From NCBI GenBank assembly GCA_965116885.1, contig OZ220741.1, positions 416,001-480,000 of the forward strand: DNA of 64,000 bases, written 5' to 3'. The position numbers and the translations under genes are program-made. This stretch comes from Candidatus Latescibacterota bacterium. Lineage in GTDB: Bacteria > Latescibacterota > UBA2968. Positions 58,460 to 64,000 of this stretch are shown piece by piece (within the stretch, counting starts at the first letter, position 1; every line of letters begins with the position of its first letter). Below the pieces are notes generated by a model that saw only the letters and a list, made by a program, of their open reading frames with translations, was not told where the DNA came from and did not search any database.

Positions 58460-60793
58460 TCAGATCTCCTGCATGAGTTTCCAGAGTTTTTCAGGACGCA
58501 AAGGCAGATCGATATGTCGCACGTCAAAAGGTTTTAGCGCGTCAATCACCGCATTGGCTATCGCGGGCGTAGAACCAATCGTACCCGCTTCGCCCACACC
58601 TTTGACACCCATCGGATTAACGGGTGAAGGCGTAACCGTATTTGCCAATTCAAAGCGCGGGAAATTGTGCGCTTTTGGCAAGGCATAATCCATAAATGAA
58701 CCGGTGATCATCTGCCCGCTTTCATCGTAAATAGCTTCCTCGTAAAGGGCCTGTCCCACACCCTGTGCAATACCGCCGTGTACCTGGCCCTCAACAATCA
58801 ACGGATTGATAATATTCCCGCAATCGTCAACGGCGATATAACGCTGTATCTCGACCTCACCCGTATCGGCATCCACCTCAACCACGGCGATGTGCGTACC
58901 GAAGGGATAGGTAAAGTTTGGCGGCTCAAAAAAGTGCGATTCGGCGAGACCGGGTTCTGTACCCTCGGGAAGTTCCACACCCACATGGGCCACCATCGCG
59001 ATCTCACCCAAAGTGAGACCCGACTCAGGCGCGCCCTGAACGCAGTATTTGCCGTCTTCAATCACAATATCCTGCGGATTGCTCTCCAGCAGATGCGCGG
59101 CAATATTGATCACTTTGTCTTTCACTTTACCCATCGCGTGAACCATCGCCGTACCACCCACAGCCGTCGCGCGACTGCCAAATGTACCAATACCGTATTG
59201 CACAGTATCCGTATCGCCGTGGATAATGCGAATATCGTCGATATCAACGCCCAGACCATCGGCAATAAGCTGGGCAAACGTGGTCTCCTGTCCCTGTCCG
59301 TGAGGCGATACACCCGTGAGCACAGTAACCTTACCCGTGGGATCTACGCGCACAGTGCTGCTTTCCCATCCACCAGCGGGCATCGCAGCAGAAGGACCCA
59401 TCCCACAAATCTCCACATAAGTGGAAAATCCAATACCGAGGTATCGTCCCTCTTCGCGCAAATTGGCCTGCTGCTCGCGCAAAGCCTCGTAATCGGCGAT
59501 CTTGAGCGCCTTATCGAGCGCGGCCGTATAGTCGCCACTGTCATAAGCCAGAGCAGTCCCCGTTTCAAAGGGAAAAGCATCTTTGCCGATAAAGTTTTTG
59601 CGCCGAACCTCCAGAGGATCGAGATCCAGATCGTGCGCCACCACATCGATCATGCGCTCGATGAGATACGTGGCCTCGGGACGTCCCGCACCCCGATAAG
59701 CATCCGTCGCCATCTTATTCGTAAAAGCGGCTGTGAGATTCATCTGCACATTTTTAAATGTGTAAGAACCGCACAACATCAATCCCGTAAGCGTGGGAAT
59801 GGCCGGCGTGAGCAACTGATAATAAGCCCCCACATCCGCCGTAACCGTGTATTTGAGACCGAGGATCGTACCGTCGTCTTTCACCGCAAGCTCGACATCT
59901 CCGGTCTGATCGCGTCCGTGAATCGTGTGCACAAAATTTTCACGCCGCCCCTCAATCCACTTCACGGGCTGCCCGAGATATTTTGCCATATGCCCGAGCA
60001 GGGCTTCTTCGGCGTACACATTGAGCTTGCAACCAAAGCCCCCGCCCACTTCGGGCGCAATAACGCGCACATGATTTTCGGCCATACCCAGCATAACGGA
60101 TATTTGCGTGCGCAACAGATGGGGAATTTGCGTAGAGGACCACAAGTTGAGCTGGTCTTTGCCGGGCAGATATTGGGCAACCACCCCCCGCGTCTCCATT
60201 GGATTGGGAACCAGACGTTGATGGTCAATCCGCTGACTGACGACATGATCGGCTTCGGCAAAAGCCGCATCAATATCGCCCCCGGCAATGCTCCAGGTAA
60301 AAGCCATATTATCGTCCCAATCTTCGTGAATAACAGGCGCGTCATCGGCAAAAGCAGCCTCAGCCGAATTGATGGCATCGAGAGGTTCGTAATCAACCTC
60401 AATCAAATCCAGTGCATCCTGAGCAATGTACGCATCGGTCGCTGCAACAGCGGCGACAGGCTCGCCAACAAAACGCACCTTTCCAGTTGCAAGCACGGGA
60501 TGATGGGGCACCTTAATGCCCGGAAATCCCTCCGGATCTGTAGCCGCACAGGGAATTCCACCAATGACATCTTTGACATCATCGCCAGTGACCACGGATT
60601 TCACTCCGGACAAATTTTGCGCCGCATCGGTATTAATACCATTGATGCGCGCATGGGCATAAGGGCTTCGCAAAATCGCGACATGCAACAAATTGGGCAG
60701 CTTAATGTCATCGACATAATGTGCAAGGCCCTGAATCAATCGAGGGTCTTCTCGGCGCTTAATACGGGCGCCAACAGATTTGCTAACAGGCAT
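58460..60793 (-). CDS. coxL: Molybdenum hydroxylase large subunit, form II CoxL-like
   Basis: VGGGFG, AYRGAGRPE, HGQGQET, GQVHGG, KGVGEAG. Confidence 0.9.
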   Translation of the reverse strand: MPVSKSVGARIKRREDPRLIQGLAHYVDDIKLPNLLHVAILRSPYAHARINGINTDAAQNLSGVKSVVTGDDVKDVIGGIPCAATDPEGFPGIKVPHHPVLATGKVRFVGEPVAAVAATDAYIAQDALDLIEVDYEPLDAINSAEAAFADDAPVIHEDWDDNMAFTWSIAGGDIDAAFAEADHVVSQRIDHQRLVPNPMETRGVVAQYLPGKDQLNLWSSTQIPHLLRTQISVMLGMAENHVRVIAPEVGGGFGCKLNVYAEEALLGHMAKYLGQPVKWIEGRRENFVHTIHGRDQTGDVELAVKDDGTILGLKYTVTADVGAYYQLLTPAIPTLTGLMLCGSYTFKNVQMNLTAAFTNKMATDAYRGAGRPEATYLIERMIDVVAHDLDLDPLEVRRKNFIGKDAFPFETGTALAYDSGDYTAALDKALKIADYEALREQQANLREEGRYLGIGFSTYVEICGMGPSAAMPAGGWESSTVRVDPTGKVTVLTGVSPHGQGQETTFAQLIADGLGVDIDDIRIIHGDTDTVQYGIGTFGSRATAVGGTAMVHAMGKVKDKVINIAAHLLESNPQDIVIEDGKYCVQGAPESGLTLGEIAMVAHVGVELPEGTEPGLAESHFFEPPNFTYPFGTHIAVVEVDADTGEVEIQRYIAVDDCGNIINPLIVEGQVHGGIAQGVGQALYEEAIYDESGQMITGSFMDYALPKAHNFPRFELANTVTPSPVNPMGVKGVGEAGTIGSTPAIANAVIDALKPFDVRHIDLPLRPEKLWKLMQEI

Positions 60794-60803
60794 GGGGCGC
60801 CTC

Positions 60804-61268
60804 CTATGTGGTCATTTTTTTCGATGCGTACTGAACCGCATCGACAATATGTTGGTACCCTGTACAGCGGCACAGATTGCCTTCTATACCGCGACGAATA
60901 TCGGCTTCACTGGGTTTGGGATTGCGTTCTAAAAGCTGGTGCGCGGCAATAATCATGCCCGGGGTGCAAAAACCGCACTGCAATCCGTGACACTCCCAGA
61001 AGCCCTCCTGAATAGGGTGCAATTCACCATTTTGGGCCAGGCCCTCAATGGTAGTAATTTCAGCACCATCGGCTTGCACTGCCAAAACCGTACACGATTT
61101 GACAGCATCTCCATTGAGCATCACACTGCACGCGCCACAAAGGCTGGTCTCACAGCCCACGTGCGTGCCAGTAAGCCCGACGACATCGCGCAAAAAATGC
61201 ACGAGCAACATCCGCGGTTCGACATCGTAACTTTGATGCTCCCCGTTCACAGTGACTTCAATTTTCAC
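60804..61268 (-). CDS. coxS: 2Fe-2S small subunit
   Basis: [26 protein letters not shown]. Confidence 0.92.
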   Translation of the reverse strand: MKIEVTVNGEHQSYDVEPRMLLVHFLRDVVGLTGTHVGCETSLCGACSVMLNGDAVKSCTVLAVQADGAEITTIEGLAQNGELHPIQEGFWECHGLQCGFCTPGMIIAAHQLLERNPKPSEADIRRGIEGNLCRCTGYQHIVDAVQYASKKMTT

Positions 61269-61393
61269 GCAAGCCTCCTTTGAAAAGGGGGAAGAAAAAA
61301 TAGACTTACACTCTATCGCAAGATATGGCGCATGGCAACGCCATGCAAACAGTTTCTCTAACGCACAGGTGAACCGTCTTGGGATACGACCCG

Positions 61394-62539
61394 TTATTTA
61401 TTTTTTTCTTTATCTAATTTTTCAAGTGCTTTTCGGGCAGATTCTTGTTTGGGCCTCCACTTGAGAGCTGTTTGGAACGCTTCGCGAGCCTTTTGGATTT
61501 CGTTTTGATGAAGATAAATTTCCCCTATCCGGTTATATGCGTTACCTCTTGTCCGGTCTGAACCTGGCGGTAAAATTTGCAGACACGCTTTGAAGTATTC
61601 AAGACCGAGGTCAAGTCTGTCTCCAGATTCCGCCAATATGCGTCCCAAAGCGTATAATGCATTCATTTTACGTGCTTGAAATGTTATTATCTTTTCAAAT
61701 GATGAAATAGTTGTATCGCGCCTTACCGATAGGGAATCGGTCGTTATTTGGAGACATTGTTCCGCAGTGCGATATGCTCGATCAAGTTGTTTGAAACTCA
61801 GCAAATAGGTACGGAGCGCACTTAAGGCACGACTGGAAAAAGGGTGTTGTTGCACATAAGATTCGAGCAACTCAACGGCTTCTTCAAGGCGTTCTGTTCG
61901 ACTGAGATACCCGCTAAGCTGTAAAACGGGTAATTCACTGGATGGGTCTTTTTCTAACGCGGCCCTCAATTCTCGTTCGGCTTTATCCAACTCATCTTTT
62001 CTGCGATAAATTGTAGCTTGTGCTAAATGCCCCCTGATGGGATCGCGCATCTTAATCTGATCAGCCTGATTTTGGGCTTCTTTTTTCTTTCCCCCAAAAA
62101 TACCCGGTGCATAGAGGTGATATCCCATCAAGCGAAATCGCGCCTCAATGTGATCCGGGTCTAAGGCAATGGCTTTTTCAAGAGATTTTTTTGTATTGCG
62201 GGCGTGTCCGGGCTTCCTGAAAATGCTGGCTTTCATCGCTTTTTGACCATAAATTTGCGCCAGCCACCAGTAATAATCGGCATTTTGGGAATCGGATTTA
62301 GTGGCTTTCTCAAAATGGTCAAAAGCATCATCTGTTCTGCCATCCCAAGCTGCTAATCGCCCCAAAAAGAAGTGTATCTCGCCTTTATCCGACGATGTTT
62401 TTAAGAGCGTTTGTAAATGCGCCTCTGCTTCCTCATAGTGCCCGGCAATAAATGCGTCAAAAACCTGGCGCAACGACGCCTCGGCCTTTCCCATCGAGAG
62501 CAGAACCCACAGAACCAGAATTAAATATCTCAAACGCAT
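61394..62539 (-). CDS. Exported TPR-repeat protein
   Basis: Signal peptide (AEA), multiple TPR-like helices, APGIFGG. Confidence 0.85.
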   Translation of the reverse strand: MRLRYLILVLWVLLSMGKAEASLRQVFDAFIAGHYEEAEAHLQTLLKTSSDKGEIHFFLGRLAAWDGRTDDAFDHFEKATKSDSQNADYYWWLAQIYGQKAMKASIFRKPGHARNTKKSLEKAIALDPDHIEARFRLMGYHLYAPGIFGGKKKEAQNQADQIKMRDPIRGHLAQATIYRRKDELDKAERELRAALEKDPSSELPVLQLSGYLSRTERLEEAVELLESYVQQHPFSSRALSALRTYLLSFKQLDRAYRTAEQCLQITTDSLSVRRDTTISSFEKIITFQARKMNALYALGRILAESGDRLDLGLEYFKACLQILPPGSDRTRGNAYNRIGEIYLHQNEIQKAREAFQTALKWRPKQESARKALEKLDKEKNK

Positions 62540-62602
62540 TATTTTTTACCCCTTTCGCAATTTGGCGAGAAAGCAACTGCCCATTATACAACAGGAGAAA
62601 CA

Positions 62603-63211
62603 ATGAAAACACTTTACTACGTCGCCGACCCCATGTGTTCCTGGTGCTGGGGATTTCAACCAGTATTGGAAAAAGTAAAAGAAGCCGTACCCGAAGAATT
62701 GGCACCCGTATATATCATGGGTGGATTGGCGCGAGACACCGATGACCCCATGCCCGATGTGATGCGGGCGCATATCCAGCGCGCCTGGCGCGAAGTCGCA
62801 GCCATAACAGGTGCGAGTTTCAACTGGGACTTTTGGGAAAAATGCAAACCGAGGCGATGCACATATCCATCTTGCAGGGCATTTTATGCGGCTCAAAATC
62901 AGGGAGCGGGAACTGAGATGTTCGAGGCGACTCAACGCGCCTATTACCGGGAAGCCCGCAATCCATCAGATACAGAGATCCTCGTCGCATTGGCGGGTGA
63001 AATCGGGTTAGACACGCAGCGATTTGCTCAAGATCTATCCTCACCCGAAACAGAACAGCAGATGCAGGATGGATTTAACATCAGGCGATCGATGAATGCC
63101 AATCAATTTCCAAGTCTCGTCGTAAGAAACAATGCGTCTGTAACCTTCATCACCAGAGGGTATAACAACGCGGAAAACGTATTGGCCTACCTGCACGCCG
63201 CACTAAAATAG
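62603..63211 (+). CDS. DsbA family protein (cytoplasmic, FrnE-like)
   Basis: YVADPMCSWCWGF, MGGL, FPSL. Confidence 0.88.
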   Translation: MKTLYYVADPMCSWCWGFQPVLEKVKEAVPEELAPVYIMGGLARDTDDPMPDVMRAHIQRAWREVAAITGASFNWDFWEKCKPRRCTYPSCRAFYAAQNQGAGTEMFEATQRAYYREARNPSDTEILVALAGEIGLDTQRFAQDLSSPETEQQMQDGFNIRRSMNANQFPSLVVRNNASVTFITRGYNNAENVLAYLHAALK

Positions 63212-63220
63212 ATAACCGCT

Positions 63221-63295
63221 GGGACGGCACAGGGGCCGTCCCCTACAATGATTGGTTAATCCGGTTTTTGTAGGGGCGACCCCCTGTGGTCGCCC
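63221..63295. repeat. Inverted pair of GTAG REPs (REPIN-like) between convergent genes
   Basis: Family A REP on minus (63221-63246) and GTAGGGGCGACCCCCTGTGGTCGCCC on plus (63270-63295). Confidence 0.78.
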
Positions 63296-63308
63296 ACTGA
63301 CCGCTAAC

Positions 63309-63914
63309 CTATTCCCAGAGCCTGCGGACATCGAGTTCAAAATCGGGCAACACGGGATCGCCAGAAATGGTTTCCGGATCGGACAGACAAACGACCTCTT
63401 CACCTGGACGATAGACATAAACATTTCGCTCTCTCGGATCAATGAGCCAACCGAGTTGTGCGCCGTTATCGATATATTCCTGCATCTTATCTTTTATGGT
63501 ATCAAGGCGATCTTTACGAGAAAGCAGTTTGACGACAAAATCGGGACAAATTGGGGCAAACTCCTCCTGTTCATCTTCTGAAAGCACCTCCCACCGCTCT
63601 TTTCGAATCCACGCCAGATCGGGAGCACGAACAGCGCCATTGGGAAGGGTAAAACCCGCGGATGAATCAAAGCCAAAACCCGTTTCATCAGATTGCATCC
63701 AAATACCAAATTGGACAAGAAGTCCAAAATTCCGCTGCCCAGATTTGCTCCCCGTTGGTGGCATAATAATTATATCTCCATCGCAATTAAGTTCCATTCT
63801 CAAATCGGGATTGGCCTGACAAAATTCAAAAAACTCATGCCTGTCCATGTGCAATACAGGCCCGAAATGAATCGTAAGCGCATCCTGGTCTGTTTGTAAT
63901 GCAACCGCACTCAT
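63309..63914 (-). CDS. Uma2 family endonuclease-like protein
   Basis: FDSSAGFTLPNGAVRAPD, KMQEYIDNGAQLGWLIDP. Confidence 0.9.
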   Translation of the reverse strand: MSAVALQTDQDALTIHFGPVLHMDRHEFFEFCQANPDLRMELNCDGDIIIMPPTGSKSGQRNFGLLVQFGIWMQSDETGFGFDSSAGFTLPNGAVRAPDLAWIRKERWEVLSEDEQEEFAPICPDFVVKLLSRKDRLDTIKDKMQEYIDNGAQLGWLIDPRERNVYVYRPGEEVVCLSDPETISGDPVLPDFELDVRRLWE

Positions 63915-64000
63915 GGAAAATCCTCCGAATGCAAAAATTAAGAGGGCCTTTTCTACTTATTTTAAAAAATACTCACAATCAAAATTTTGTGCAACCCGAT

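Noticed and set aside
58460..60793. Bona fide form I aerobic CO dehydrogenase
   Set aside because: Active-site loop is AYRGAGR, not AYXCSFR, and the order is S-L-M
58778..60952. 724-aa plus-strand ORF (likewise 638..2026, 8717..10165, 16641..18302, 31541..32671)
   Set aside because: Antisense shadows of well-supported genes, with no recognisable motifs
1..64000. IS elements, prophage, tRNA or rRNA genes
   Set aside because: No transposase, integrase, phage gene or tRNA/rRNA signature recognised by eye; a tRNAscan/Infernal run would be needed to exclude them formally

Overview
Bacterial chromosomal window from a diderm organism. By inference it is FCB-group/Latescibacterota-like and possibly a marine or sponge-associated MAG (PhyH and sulfatase expansion, TonB/PorV cassette, dockerin-like C-terminus). 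No rRNA, tRNA, CRISPR array or transposase was seen. Coding content: PhyH dioxygenases, two sulfatases, a 3x DUF1800 + DUF1501 cluster, an OMP/TonB-receptor/T9SS-like cargo/PorV/lipoprotein cassette, archaeal-genre aspS and pheST, GGT, an ECF sigma/anti-sigma/Spy operon, a plant-like ilvB, an NCS2 permease, two paralogous TonB receptors, a HigBA-like TA pair and a form II coxSLM-G cluster. The most interesting signals are missed by the ORF track: (1) an exported UxxC selenoprotein with a SECIS hairpin, five 105-aa Ig-like repeats and an EF-hand/dockerin tail; (2) an Asn/Asp-rich (NNNDDNN) leader-peptide attenuator ahead of aspS; (3) a 60-codon leader attenuator with no codon run ahead of a VOC-GGT-methyltransferase run; (4) an Ile/Val/Thr leader attenuator ahead of ilvB; (5) a Phe-specifier T-box ahead of pheST; (6) a near-identical copy of the ECF-sigma autopromoter placed antisense inside the predicted 5' leader of the outer-membrane protein operon. 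Many GTAG-type REP palindromes are dispersed through the intergenic regions. All family calls come from motif recognition, not database searches.
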